Positions 18,104 through 27,922 of a DNA stretch of 64,000 bases are shown in pieces (within the stretch, counting starts at the first letter, position 1; the number at the start of each line of letters is the position of its first letter). Origin of the DNA: a virus; the IMG/VR virus record IMGVR_UViG_3300048136_000205, positions 2,287-66,286 of that record, one strand, 5' to 3'. A program made the translations under genes and the position numbers. A model generated the notes under the pieces. The model was not told the DNA's origin. It saw only the letters and a program-made list of their open reading frames with translations, and searched no databases.

Positions 18104-19320
18104 TGGACTTCGCAGACTTCATCACAGAACAAAAGAACACTCACATGACTCACATCGAGGACAAGGTTCTCTATGGTGGAGTTGATGGAACCCGTGAAGC
18201 AATCAATGCATTGCGTGGTCTGCGTGACATGTTGGCAGGTAAAAGCACTGGTAATGTATCGGTTAAGTGGGACGGTGCTCCTGCTATCTTCTGTGGTAAA
18301 GACCCACGTGACGGACAGTTCTTCGTTGCGAAGAAAGGTATCTTCAACAAGAACCCAAAGGTCTACAAGACTGACGCAGACATCGACGCAGACACGTCGG
18401 GTGATCTGAATGCTAAACTCAAGGATGCATTGAAATATCTACCAGAGTTAGGCATCAAGGGTGTCGTCCAAGGTGACTTCCTGTTCAGTCGTGCAGACCT
18501 AGATGGTAAAAAGATCGACGGTAAGAAGTATGTCGTCTTTCACCCAAACACAATTGCCTATGCAGTACCGTGGGAACAGGCCGCAGACTTACGTGCGGCA
18601 AAAATCGGTATCGTATGGCACACGACCTACACCGGAGATTCTTTTGAAAACATGAAGGCATCATACGGTGTGGATGTATCTCAGTTCAGACGTTCTCGAA
18701 ACGTGTGGTCACAGGACGCAATGCTTCGTGATCTTACAAAGGCAACCATGTCAGAAAGAGAGACCAACGAGGTCAATAGCATCCTCACACAGATCGGTCG
18801 TCTGTTCAATCAAACCGCATCAACCACACTCAAGGCAGTTGCAGATAACTCTAAGTTTGCTGGTGCGATCGAGACGTATAACAACTCCTATGTCCGTAAG
18901 GGAGCATTGGTCCCGAATTCGAAAAAGCACGTCGCAGGACTTATAGCACACCGTCAGGCATACTATAAAAAAGAGATAGATAGTAAGAAGTCCCAACGTG
19001 GAAAAGATACGTGGATTCAGAAATATGCGGAAGAAATGAAGTTCTTCTCCACAGATAATAAGGCAAATTTGGAAAAAATGTTTGAGTTACAACGTCTCAT
19101 CGTTCTTGCAAAATTAAAGCTTATAAATAGTTTGGACAAACTTAAGTCAATTGACACCTTCGTCAAAACCACTGACGGTTACAAGGTAACGGGTGAGGAA
19201 GGATACGTGGCAATTGACACACTTGGTGGTGATGCGGTGAAACTTGTTGACCGTATGGAATTTTCATACAACAACTTTTCATCTGATATATTAAAGGGGT
19301 GGGACTCACCTCGTAGATAA
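18103..19320 (+). CDS. ATP-dependent ligase-like nucleotidyltransferase (DUF6267-like)
   Basis: Motif I SVKWDG, QGD, motif IV EGYV, motif V VKLVDR; N-terminus MDFADFITE. Confidence 0.7.
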   Translation: MDFADFITEQKNTHMTHIEDKVLYGGVDGTREAINALRGLRDMLAGKSTGNVSVKWDGAPAIFCGKDPRDGQFFVAKKGIFNKNPKVYKTDADIDADTSGDLNAKLKDALKYLPELGIKGVVQGDFLFSRADLDGKKIDGKKYVVFHPNTIAYAVPWEQAADLRAAKIGIVWHTTYTGDSFENMKASYGVDVSQFRRSRNVWSQDAMLRDLTKATMSERETNEVNSILTQIGRLFNQTASTTLKAVADNSKFAGAIETYNNSYVRKGALVPNSKKHVAGLIAHRQAYYKKEIDSKKSQRGKDTWIQKYAEEMKFFSTDNKANLEKMFELQRLIVLAKLKLINSLDKLKSIDTFVKTTDGYKVTGEEGYVAIDTLGGDAVKLVDRMEFSYNNFSSDILKGWDSPRR

Positions 19321-19351
19321 TATGGGATAAACCAATAAGAGGTTAACAGCA

Positions 19352-19723
19352 ATGCTGTCGTTTATTAATTTTATTTCTGAAGCACTCGACGCAACACAAC
19401 GTCGAAAACTTGCTCAGAGAATGAGAAAAAATAAATCAAAGATTAAAATGGCACGTAAACGTGCCGAAAGAAAATTTGCAGACATGGATACTCTTAAGAA
19501 AAGAGCACGTCGTCAGGCACGGAAGAACATGGCTGCAAAACTTGTGAAGGACATGCCAAAGGACGAACTCTCTGTTGCCCGTAAGAAGGGACTAGAGAAG
19601 AGACTGTCCAGTCCTCAAATACAAGCACGTATTGATCGTCAGTCGAGAAAACTCATTAAGACCGTTCGTAAGCAAGAAATCGAACGTAAGAGAAATCGCA
19701 ACAAGAGTGACGACAAGAAGTGA
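19352..19723 (+). CDS. Highly basic internal head protein-like
   Basis: MLSFINFISE followed by a Lys/Arg-rich body; late promoter TATAAATA at 19122. Confidence 0.75.
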   Translation: MLSFINFISEALDATQRRKLAQRMRKNKSKIKMARKRAERKFADMDTLKKRARRQARKNMAAKLVKDMPKDELSVARKKGLEKRLSSPQIQARIDRQSRKLIKTVRKQEIERKRNRNKSDDKK

Positions 19724-21060
19724 TAAAGAATTTTAGTCAGTATCTAGTTGAAGAGGAACGTGAGGTTTACTTCACGTTTGGTCGTATGAATCCGCCTACC
19801 GTAGGTCACGGTAAGGTTATGGACTCACTTGCAGTCAAGTCGGGAAAGTCCGATTACAAAGTCTTTGTATCACAGTCCCAAGACGCAAAAAAGAATCCTC
19901 TATCGTATACTGACAAAATAAAGCATACCCGTAAGATGTTTCCGAAACATGCACGGAATATCGTTGTTGATAAGTCGGTAAAGACCGCAATCAACGCAAT
20001 GGTGGTTCTCTATGATCAGGGTTACAGAGCAGTAACGATGGTTGTAGGAGAAGACCGCATTACAGAATTCGAAGTTCTATTGAACAAGTACAATGGACAA
20101 AAGGCAAGACACGGTTTCTACAATTTCAAATCGATCAAGATAGTATCCGCAGGTAAGAGAGATCCGGATGCTGCAGGTGTAGAAGGCATGTCTGCCTCAA
20201 AGCAACGTGAGAATGCATCGAAAAACGACTTCGTCTCATTCTCTCAGGGTGTACCTAAGTCTATGTCAGACAAAGAGACTCGTAAACTCTTTAATGATGT
20301 ACGTAAGGGTATGGGACTCAAAGAAGCATTGGAATTCCGTAATCACCTAGAACTCAAACCCGTATCTGAGACTCGTGAACAGTATGTTGCGGGATCTCTG
20401 TTTGAGGTAGGGGATACAGTAGCCATCAAGGAAAGTGATGAGGTGGCCACTGTATCCGTTCTAGGTGCTAACTACGTTATCGTAGAAACAAACGATGGTA
20501 AGAAAATGCGCAAGTGGTTGGACTCCGTCGAGATTGTCGAGACACAAGATTCGGAGATAAAAGATCGTGAAGGCACACAACCTGCTCGTTACCATGCTGG
20601 ACTGAAGAAGTCTACCAAGGTCAAACGTGATGCACATTTTAAAAAGCACGGTAAAAAGGCAGACGACGATGACTCTGCTTACAAACCTGCACCGGGAGAC
20701 AAGACGGCAAAGACTAAACCATCCAAGTACACCAAGTCGTTCAAGGATATGTACGACGAAGATTGCTGGGATGGGTACAAGCAAGTGGGCATGAAAAAGA
20801 AGGGTGACAAGATGGTACCAGATTGTGTACCAGAAAGCACTGACATCTTAGAGAACTGGGTTACTGATCTAATGAATAAGTTAGATGCTAAATCTGTTCA
20901 TCGTGATAAATATACGAAGGTTGCCAAGCACATCAAGAAAGAACTTGAGAAGTCTGGTGACAAACGTTCACTAGAATACCATGCGGCAAATACCATTCGT
21001 AAGTTTAATCTCGATATGGATACTAAAGCACTTGCAGGTATGATAAGGAAATTAGCATGA
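19720..21060 (+). CDS. HxGH (cytidylyltransferase/NMNAT-like) nucleotidyltransferase with C-terminal appended modules
   Basis: FTFGRMNPPTVGH, KNPL, MVVGEDR, GMSASKQR; N-terminus MIKNFSQYLVE; CWDGYKQVG module. Confidence 0.85.
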   Translation: MIKNFSQYLVEEEREVYFTFGRMNPPTVGHGKVMDSLAVKSGKSDYKVFVSQSQDAKKNPLSYTDKIKHTRKMFPKHARNIVVDKSVKTAINAMVVLYDQGYRAVTMVVGEDRITEFEVLLNKYNGQKARHGFYNFKSIKIVSAGKRDPDAAGVEGMSASKQRENASKNDFVSFSQGVPKSMSDKETRKLFNDVRKGMGLKEALEFRNHLELKPVSETREQYVAGSLFEVGDTVAIKESDEVATVSVLGANYVIVETNDGKKMRKWLDSVEIVETQDSEIKDREGTQPARYHAGLKKSTKVKRDAHFKKHGKKADDDDSAYKPAPGDKTAKTKPSKYTKSFKDMYDEDCWDGYKQVGMKKKGDKMVPDCVPESTDILENWVTDLMNKLDAKSVHRDKYTKVAKHIKKELEKSGDKRSLEYHAANTIRKFNLDMDTKALAGMIRKLA

Positions 21061-21329
21061 TTTCTTTTAAGAATTATCTTGAAGAAAAACGATACTCAAT
21101 GTATGATAGCATTGATCTGGACGAAGGTCCAGACGGTATCGCAGCGAAGGCGAAGAAGTCAGGTATCTCATCGGACACCCTTCGCAAGGTTTATAATAGA
21201 GGTGTTGCGGCATGGAAGACGGGTCATCGGCCAGGAACCACACCGCAACAATGGGGAATGGCAAGGGTTAATGCTTTCATCGTTAAGAAGAAGAAAGGCA
21301 ACCTGAACCACGACAAAGACTTAGCATAA
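21057..21329 (+). CDS. Small basic protein (DUF5824-like) with capsid-targeting-like N-terminus
   Basis: MISFKNYLEE; VYNRGVAAWKTGHRPGTTPQQWGMARVN. Confidence 0.8.
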   Translation: MISFKNYLEEKRYSMYDSIDLDEGPDGIAAKAKKSGISSDTLRKVYNRGVAAWKTGHRPGTTPQQWGMARVNAFIVKKKKGNLNHDKDLA

Positions 21330-21355
21330 AACTCAAATAGAGGTTTTTAACAAAA

Positions 21356-23251
21356 ATGGCAAATCAAATTTTAGCGGGTGCTGTGTTTCAGGCTGGTCAA
21401 GTAATTGCCGGTGTAGACGCAAACAACCCACCATACGTAGGACCACCAGTAGGTAAATTTATCACAAGAAGCATCAGTGGTGGATATCCTAAAACAATTT
21501 CTTTACGATCTGTAATTGATATCGATGCAGATCCTATTACAACTATCACCAATACTAGCAGTTATTTTGGTACCAGATTTGCATCAGATCCAAATGGAAG
21601 GTACCTCGCAATTGGTGACACTGTGAATAATAAAGTCTTCGTTTATAACACACAAGATTTAGGTGCAGATCCTACAGTAGTTGACTACCCTAGCTCTGGT
21701 TCAGCTGCTGTTCTTTCTATGAACTCTGATAAGTTATTTGTTGGAAAGACTACAATATATGCTTATGATTTATCCGATCTATCTGCGGCACCTACTACAA
21801 TTAGTGCACCTTCATCTGAAGTAGCTGATTATGGATTTGGTTCTGATATTGCATGTAACTCTACTCATTTGTTCATTGGTAGTCAATACGCAAGAATAGA
21901 CCAACAAGGTGGTGTTCAATCATCGGGTGCAGATTCAGAGTCAGGAAAAGTTCATGTGTGGAATATTTCCACAGAACAATATGAAATTGATCTATATGGT
22001 ACAGATGTAGAGTATGGTGATAAATTCGGAAGTGAAATAAAAGTTACCGATACTCACGTTGCTATTGGTGCATATGGTGCGGATACATCGCCAGGATATC
22101 AACCTGAGACCGGAGCAGTATATTTGTTCGATGCACAGGATCTTTCTGCAACTCCAACAAAGTTAACCGGAGGTGGATATGGTGACGAATATGGTAGAAA
22201 TATAGACCTGAATAGCACACACTTAGCAGTAAGTGAAGGTAACTATTCTGGGTACAGTGATACTGGTGCTAGTTTACAAGAAAACGGCAGACTTTTCATA
22301 TATTCATTAACCAACTTGTCGAACCCTACTATAAAAACGGGAAATTTATATTCTGAAAAATATGGAATAAACCCTAATCTTTTCAAAGACGGTTCTGGTC
22401 GAATATCATTCTATAGATCTTTGGCCAACACCGGCGGTCCTACCAAATACTTTGTCTACAACATTAATGATTTAGACACCCCTCTTTGGGAATCTGAGAC
22501 AGAACAACCTGTAATGGAATTACCCGCATACGTTGCACCACTAACATCAGTCGCAGGAACGTCACTACTACTATCTGGTAACAATGCATCTATCCGTGAT
22601 GAGTCGCAGAGTGTTGAGTCTATTTCTGTATTCGGTAATACGACTGTTGCAGACTCTTCGCCATACGGTACTGGTAAGTCGATCTCTTTCGATGGTGATG
22701 GCGACTATATCCGAGCAGACGAAGCATTAGATTCATTCACCTCTACTACAGATCCATTTACAATAGAGTTTTGGATGCGACCAGAACGTTTTAATGACGG
22801 TTCGGCGGTTGATATACCATTCGCAATTAATTCTATATCTACTGGTTCTAATGAGTTGATTCTTGTTGGTAATAATAATGGTGCACCAAGCGGACAAGGG
22901 CAGTATGTAACCCTTTCTGGATCGGGCGCAAACCCTAGTTACTCGCTTGGATTAAATCTACAAGATAATGGACCTTGGTATCACATTGCAATGACATACG
23001 ACGGCACCACATTTAAACTATATGTGGACGGAACCGTTGCGATCAGTCAGAATGTTGCCTTTACTATACCTTTCGCAGATTGTTCTCTGTTGATTGGTGC
23101 GGATGCAGATAGTGCAAACGCTGGATCTCTAGGTAACTACTACAAAGGTGCACTTGCAGATATTCGTATTAGTAAAGAGGTTGCCTACACAGAGAACTTC
23201 ACCGTACCATCTGCATCACTGGGCGATTACTCAGAAAACGAGTTAGACTGA
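21356..23251 (+). CDS. Virion structural/adhesin protein: FG-GAP-like beta-propeller plus LamG/ConA lectin domain
   Basis: Repeats FGS.IA...GA...G.VY; SFDGDGDY, FTIEFW, WYHIAMTYDG..KLYVDG, YKGALADIRISK. Confidence 0.8.
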   Translation: MANQILAGAVFQAGQVIAGVDANNPPYVGPPVGKFITRSISGGYPKTISLRSVIDIDADPITTITNTSSYFGTRFASDPNGRYLAIGDTVNNKVFVYNTQDLGADPTVVDYPSSGSAAVLSMNSDKLFVGKTTIYAYDLSDLSAAPTTISAPSSEVADYGFGSDIACNSTHLFIGSQYARIDQQGGVQSSGADSESGKVHVWNISTEQYEIDLYGTDVEYGDKFGSEIKVTDTHVAIGAYGADTSPGYQPETGAVYLFDAQDLSATPTKLTGGGYGDEYGRNIDLNSTHLAVSEGNYSGYSDTGASLQENGRLFIYSLTNLSNPTIKTGNLYSEKYGINPNLFKDGSGRISFYRSLANTGGPTKYFVYNINDLDTPLWESETEQPVMELPAYVAPLTSVAGTSLLLSGNNASIRDESQSVESISVFGNTTVADSSPYGTGKSISFDGDGDYIRADEALDSFTSTTDPFTIEFWMRPERFNDGSAVDIPFAINSISTGSNELILVGNNNGAPSGQGQYVTLSGSGANPSYSLGLNLQDNGPWYHIAMTYDGTTFKLYVDGTVAISQNVAFTIPFADCSLLIGADADSANAGSLGNYYKGALADIRISKEVAYTENFTVPSASLGDYSENELD

Positions 23252-23252
23252 A

Positions 23253-23699
23253 ATGAAAACATTTACTGAAATAAGAGAAGCAAGGCGGTCTGCACAAGAT
23301 CGTCTTTCTGCACGTGCGGCAAAACATGGTCTTGGTTCGCAGAAGAAATTAGACAAGATTAAGAAGGCATCTGACTTTTTCAGTAAGCCACCACCATCTT
23401 TCTCTAAGGCAGAACTGAAGAAGATGGGATATGCAGTAGAAGGTAAGAACGATTACCCTATCTACCACAAGACATATTCAGATGCAATGCAAGCTTCATA
23501 TGCATTTGCAAAGAAAAAAGGCTTTGAGGTAGACAAGAACGACATCGACGATAAGGTCGCAACCGGACCAAAGAAACCATCTAATGGTAAGACTAATAGT
23601 TTTACCTTGAAGTTGGTTAGTCAAAAGAATAAGAGATTGGCGGTACAAGTAACTAACTTAGATAACCGTCGATACGAGTTAAACTGTTACATAACATAG
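23253..23699 (+). CDS. Internal head protein-like
   Basis: MKTFTEIRE; basic; C-terminal YELNCY. Confidence 0.75.
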   Translation: MKTFTEIREARRSAQDRLSARAAKHGLGSQKKLDKIKKASDFFSKPPPSFSKAELKKMGYAVEGKNDYPIYHKTYSDAMQASYAFAKKKGFEVDKNDIDDKVATGPKKPSNGKTNSFTLKLVSQKNKRLAVQVTNLDNRRYELNCYIT

Positions 23700-23707
23700 G
23701 ACATTGT

Positions 23708-23887
23708 ATGAGCAAATCGAAGAAACCACGTAACAAGAAGATGTCTGCGGCAAAGAAAGAAAGACTGCAACAGGCAACCGATAACAACTACGGCGGGACT
23801 AATTTTAACCCTATAAATAGTAAAGTTAAATCAGTCAACCCAGTTGCCGGAACGAAGGTATTTCGAGGAGCATCAAGAGGAAGTTAA
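23708..23887 (+). CDS. Small basic protein (not in ORF track)
   Basis: AGGA RBS; MSKSKKPRNKK...; contains late promoter TATAAATA at 23812. Confidence 0.55.
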   Translation: MSKSKKPRNKKMSAAKKERLQQATDNNYGGTNFNPINSKVKSVNPVAGTKVFRGASRGS

Positions 23888-23888
23888 A

Positions 23889-25187
23889 GTGAAAGATTTT
23901 TTTGAATTAAGAGAAGACCATCTTAAAATAGGTCAAAAAGTTAAGACGTCCGATGGCAAGTCTGGGACTGTTCGTGGAGCGGGTAAAGGTGATCAGAAAG
24001 GTGATTACATTGTTTCAGTAGACGGTAAAACGATGTCTTACCACAAATCAGACCTAACCGTTGAAGCAAAACTTTCTGATAGAGAGATTCACAACAAGCT
24101 TGCCGATCGTAATTTGCTTGTCAAAGCAATTAAAACTGCCGAAAAAATGGGTGGTAATATGACAGGTGCGGTTCGTGAAATTGAAAAAATGAAGAAAGGT
24201 TTGTCTAAACATAAGGCTGTACAATCTGCACTTCAACAAGCAAATGAGTCGGTTGAACTTGGTGAAGCAAAAGCAACTATCAAGACTACAATGTCAGATA
24301 AGGTGATGTCCTCTGCTAATCGATTCGGATTGAAGGCAACAAAGTCTGGGAATAATGTCTCTATTAGTGGTACCAAAGGCAAACTAAATGACTTCCTACG
24401 TGCTATCATAGGAAGATCGTCCTATGGTAATGCGAGTGATATTACTGAAGGGACTCTTGTAGAAGGCACTAAGGAAGGGTCACTAGTTGCAGAAGAGGTT
24501 AACTTGGTCGAAGCAGTCGATTTCGAAAAGATGTCTAAGGAACTTCTAAAGAAGAAGAATTTGGGAATCGAGTTCGAGAAGGCAGCTGCATTCGCACGTG
24601 TAATGTTTATGAATTCCTCTTTACATGTACAAGACAAAGCAATGAAAGGTATGCTTACTCTACTTAAAAATATAGACGATTTGACAGTAAAGACCACTCT
24701 CATTAAAATCCTAAAAGACAATGGATTCAAAGTGAAGGGTGGTCGTGTCATGCGTGAAGAGGTCGAACCTATTACTGAGAACTACCGAACCCTTGCAATG
24801 CACGGTATGGGCACAGAATCTAAAAGTGAGGCAAGAGTAGGTCTAGAACTTGATTACTATGATAGTACTGGTTCAAAGAGAATGGGTAAGATCACTAAGA
24901 TGACTCGATCTGGTTATGTAGTCAAAGATGAGAAAGACGGAAAGTCTCGCACATTCGCATTTCACGATCGTGCAAAAGCAAAAGAACTACTTGCAAAACA
25001 CGGTAAGGGCAAGTATAACGAGTCGATCGAAGAAGGTGCCTTTATGGTAACTATCCATAAAGCCGGTCCTCGTGGAAAAGATCTTAATATGAGGGTTATG
25101 GGTAAAGACAAGATGGATGCGGCAAAGGCATTCCGTAAGAATAACCCTCGTTTTAAAAATGACGAAATTTCTATTAAAGATAACTAG
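23889..25187 (+). CDS. Multi-module internal head protein (putative protease-processed polyprotein)
   Basis: GTG start MKDFFELRE with GAGG RBS; repeated acidic linkers ending in (L/I/V)xE. Confidence 0.75.
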   Translation: MKDFFELREDHLKIGQKVKTSDGKSGTVRGAGKGDQKGDYIVSVDGKTMSYHKSDLTVEAKLSDREIHNKLADRNLLVKAIKTAEKMGGNMTGAVREIEKMKKGLSKHKAVQSALQQANESVELGEAKATIKTTMSDKVMSSANRFGLKATKSGNNVSISGTKGKLNDFLRAIIGRSSYGNASDITEGTLVEGTKEGSLVAEEVNLVEAVDFEKMSKELLKKKNLGIEFEKAAAFARVMFMNSSLHVQDKAMKGMLTLLKNIDDLTVKTTLIKILKDNGFKVKGGRVMREEVEPITENYRTLAMHGMGTESKSEARVGLELDYYDSTGSKRMGKITKMTRSGYVVKDEKDGKSRTFAFHDRAKAKELLAKHGKGKYNESIEEGAFMVTIHKAGPRGKDLNMRVMGKDKMDAAKAFRKNNPRFKNDEISIKDN

Positions 25188-25188
25188 A

Positions 25189-25506
25189 ATGAAAAAATTC
25201 AAGCAATACGTAGAAGAAGGTTGTTGTGAAGCATGTGCGTCTCTTGACGAAGAGTTAGAACTAACCGAAGCAGAGTATCAGGGTAAGACTGTTACCTTGA
25301 ACAAACCTGTGCGTGGTGGTTCTAAGAAGTTCTACGTATACACAAAGAACGAGAAGGGTAATGTCGTGAAGGTTTCATTTGGAGACCCTAATATGGAGAT
25401 TAAGAAAGACAACCCTGCTCGTAGAAAAAGTTTCAGGGCACGTCACAATTGTGCAGACCCTGGCCCGAAGTGGAAAGCACGTTACTGGTCGTGTAAGGCA
25501 TGGTAA
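25189..25506 (+). CDS. Conserved virion-associated protein with capsid-targeting-like N-terminus
   Basis: MKKFKQYVEE; VSFGDPNM...RRKSFRARHNC...ARYWSCKAW. Confidence 0.8.
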   Translation: MKKFKQYVEEGCCEACASLDEELELTEAEYQGKTVTLNKPVRGGSKKFYVYTKNEKGNVVKVSFGDPNMEIKKDNPARRKSFRARHNCADPGPKWKARYWSCKAW

Positions 25507-25533
25507 TCAATCCAAAATAGACAATTGATTTGT

Positions 25534-25618
25534 TATAAATAGAAGCATTAACCCATAAGTCAACGCAAGGATCCACTAGATCATATAAACGACTTATATA
25601 ATCAACACATCTAATGGA
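25534..25618 (+). promoter_or_regulatory. Late promoter plus pseudoknotted leader
   Basis: TATAAATA at 25534; ATAAGTC/GACTTAT stem; loop TCCACTAGAT pairs 9/10 with ATCTAATGGA. Confidence 0.55.
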
Positions 25619-25627
25619 CTGATCGAA

Positions 25628-25936
25628 ATGACAGACAAAGATATTCTACATGAGCATGTGCAACGTGAAGAACAACGCCTCGCAAGAATCGAGGACAAGA
25701 TTGACAAACTTTCCGATGCAATGATCAACCTAGCTCGTGCAGAGGAGAAGTTGATTAATATTGAGAAAGCAAACTCGCAACACTTTGAACGTATGAACCG
25801 TTTCTCTCAAAGAATGGACGATATCGAAGATAGTGTAAATGAACAGGGAAAGACTGTGAAAGTGATGCAGTACATCATTACTCTAACTGCAACAATCTTT
25901 GCTGGTGTAGTCGTCAAAATGTTTTTTGACGCATAA
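25628..25936 (+). CDS. Coiled-coil protein with C-terminal TM (XhlA/holin-like)
   Basis: RLARIEDKIDKL heptads, C-terminal hydrophobic helix. Confidence 0.7.
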   Translation: MTDKDILHEHVQREEQRLARIEDKIDKLSDAMINLARAEEKLINIEKANSQHFERMNRFSQRMDDIEDSVNEQGKTVKVMQYIITLTATIFAGVVVKMFFDA

Positions 25937-25953
25937 TATTAACGGAGACTATA

Positions 25954-26601
25954 ATGTCAGATATTACTAAAATTATGGAGGCGTATTTGGGAATGGTCTC
26001 CGATCGTAATGCCGAACTCGAAGAAGGTTGCGGCAAAAAGATGTATAAAGAAGGTCAAGAAGAATGTCCTAAGTGTGAAGGCAAAGGATGTGACCACTGC
26101 GACGACAAAGGTTATCACGAAGTATCAGAAAAGAAACTTGATCCAGTAGACGACAAAGCGAACGACAAGAAGTTCAAAGATCGTAAGGACAAGGATATCG
26201 ACAATGACGGTGATGTAGATTCTTCTGACGAATACCTACACAAGCGTCGTGCCGCAACGGACGATGCAATCGATGCAAAGGATGATGAAGAGAATCCAGT
26301 TAAGAAGAACCCTAAGACTGCTGACAAGAAGTCAGAGATCTCTAAGATTAAGATCGAGAGTCTAGACCTTCGTTCTGATTTTGAAAAGATGTGGTCTGCT
26401 ATCGAAGAAGCACTTGATCCTAAGAAAGGTGCACTTACTCCAGAAAAGTATGACGATCACTCATCTGATCACGACAAGAAAGTCATTGCGCAACATAAGA
26501 AGTCTGACAAAAAAGTCGAAGACAGTGTAGAAGACGCAATCAAAAAAACTTTTGCTGCAGGTGGCAAGTCACAGAAGAAAGCAAAAGAGCCAGATAAATA
26601 A
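25954..26601 (+). CDS. Highly charged virion/prohead-associated protein
   Basis: CxxCxGxGCxxC; KKLDPV...DIDNDGDVDSSDEYLHKRR motif typical of marine T4-like phages. Confidence 0.75.
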   Translation: MSDITKIMEAYLGMVSDRNAELEEGCGKKMYKEGQEECPKCEGKGCDHCDDKGYHEVSEKKLDPVDDKANDKKFKDRKDKDIDNDGDVDSSDEYLHKRRAATDDAIDAKDDEENPVKKNPKTADKKSEISKIKIESLDLRSDFEKMWSAIEEALDPKKGALTPEKYDDHSSDHDKKVIAQHKKSDKKVEDSVEDAIKKTFAAGGKSQKKAKEPDK

Positions 26602-26613
26602 TACCAACAAGGT

Positions 26614-27567
26614 ATGTTCCGGTACTACATTCTCACCAGTGGTCCTCTGTGGTCACTGGAACGTCAATTCACGTTCTTAAAAACAAACGAGACCGTAGTC
26701 GTTATCAACTCACTCGACAAAGAGTACGTTGATGAGGCTGCGGAGTTTTGTGCACGTAACAACATAGAACACTATGTCACTGATTCCGATGGTACTCCGT
26801 CCACCGGAAAGAACTCCGTTTTAAAAATATTCCTTGCCAGTGACTATGATTACATGGTACACGTGGACGGGGACGATATTATAACACCGTACGGTAGGAA
26901 CCTATACAGAACAGTAGCAAATGGTATAGGGGAAACACCGGACGTGATCTGTCTAGCAAATCAACTGGCAGTACAAACACCCCAAGAAGATTTCTTCGAC
27001 TTGTTTCGAAATCAGGTAGACTCCCTTACCGTCAAAAGAAAGCACTTCTATATCTCTCCTAAGAACAATGCTCACCACACTCATTCCTTGACAGACAGGG
27101 GTCCACACAGGTATACTCCCAAGGTTAGTGAAAATGAAATTGATCGTATGGTGGCAGATGGGATTAGTCGAGAGACTGCCCAACAGTGGTTGCACTATAG
27201 AAAAGTGTCTGAGGAGTATGCTGTCGACTACGGTGATAAAATGAATACCCTAAATCGACTAGTGTTTTTTTCTAAGAGATCTGCAGAAATGATGCATTAT
27301 GATAAACATATGGTGATTGGAGAAGACGTATTACAGTACTACGAACTAAAAAAATTATCTTATGAAGGTAAGATAGATATGGTAGTAAGGAATGAATATC
27401 CATGCTACTCTTATTTGTATATGCAAGACGTCGGTAGTATAACTCGTAATGGTGTACTAGATTTATCTTGGATTGAAGGTCTTGTAACTAAACTAAATAA
27501 CATGGATATGTTCCCACAAAGGTACAGACTAAGAGAGTTTAACGATCCATATTATGAAGTTAAATAG
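26614..27567 (+). CDS. GT-A fold glycosyltransferase-like protein
   Basis: SDGTPSTGKN, YMVHVDGDD (DxD), IGED. Confidence 0.65.
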   Translation: MFRYYILTSGPLWSLERQFTFLKTNETVVVINSLDKEYVDEAAEFCARNNIEHYVTDSDGTPSTGKNSVLKIFLASDYDYMVHVDGDDIITPYGRNLYRTVANGIGETPDVICLANQLAVQTPQEDFFDLFRNQVDSLTVKRKHFYISPKNNAHHTHSLTDRGPHRYTPKVSENEIDRMVADGISRETAQQWLHYRKVSEEYAVDYGDKMNTLNRLVFFSKRSAEMMHYDKHMVIGEDVLQYYELKKLSYEGKIDMVVRNEYPCYSYLYMQDVGSITRNGVLDLSWIEGLVTKLNNMDMFPQRYRLREFNDPYYEVK

Positions 27568-27922
27568 CAAGAACATCGTAGTGTATGCGGCAAAAAACTA
27601 TTACAACCCGTCCTGTATCGATGGTGATGAATTTTTTGATGATTTAAAAAGACTTAAGTACATCAAAAGATTGGTCAATAGATATCATCAAACAGGTGAA
27701 CTGTCTGAGAGACTAATACTCAATCATCTTATAGTATTTTTCAATGTCTTCGGTCATGAAGCAGGTGTAGAGATGTTGGCATATAAAATCTCACTCGAGC
27801 AGTGGCCGACAATCAAACCGTTTTTAGTATTTCTCCGTGCAATTAAGAATGATGAAATTACAGGTGTGGAAATGGATAAATACGTTATAAGCAAATTGAG
27901 AGAACTCCGATGGGAATCCTGA
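27554..27922 (+). CDS. Conserved T4-like hypothetical protein
   Basis: YYNPSC...EFFDDLKRLKYIKRL...ERLILNH. Confidence 0.8.
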   Translation: MKLNSKNIVVYAAKNYYNPSCIDGDEFFDDLKRLKYIKRLVNRYHQTGELSERLILNHLIVFFNVFGHEAGVEMLAYKISLEQWPTIKPFLVFLRAIKNDEITGVEMDKYVISKLRELRWES

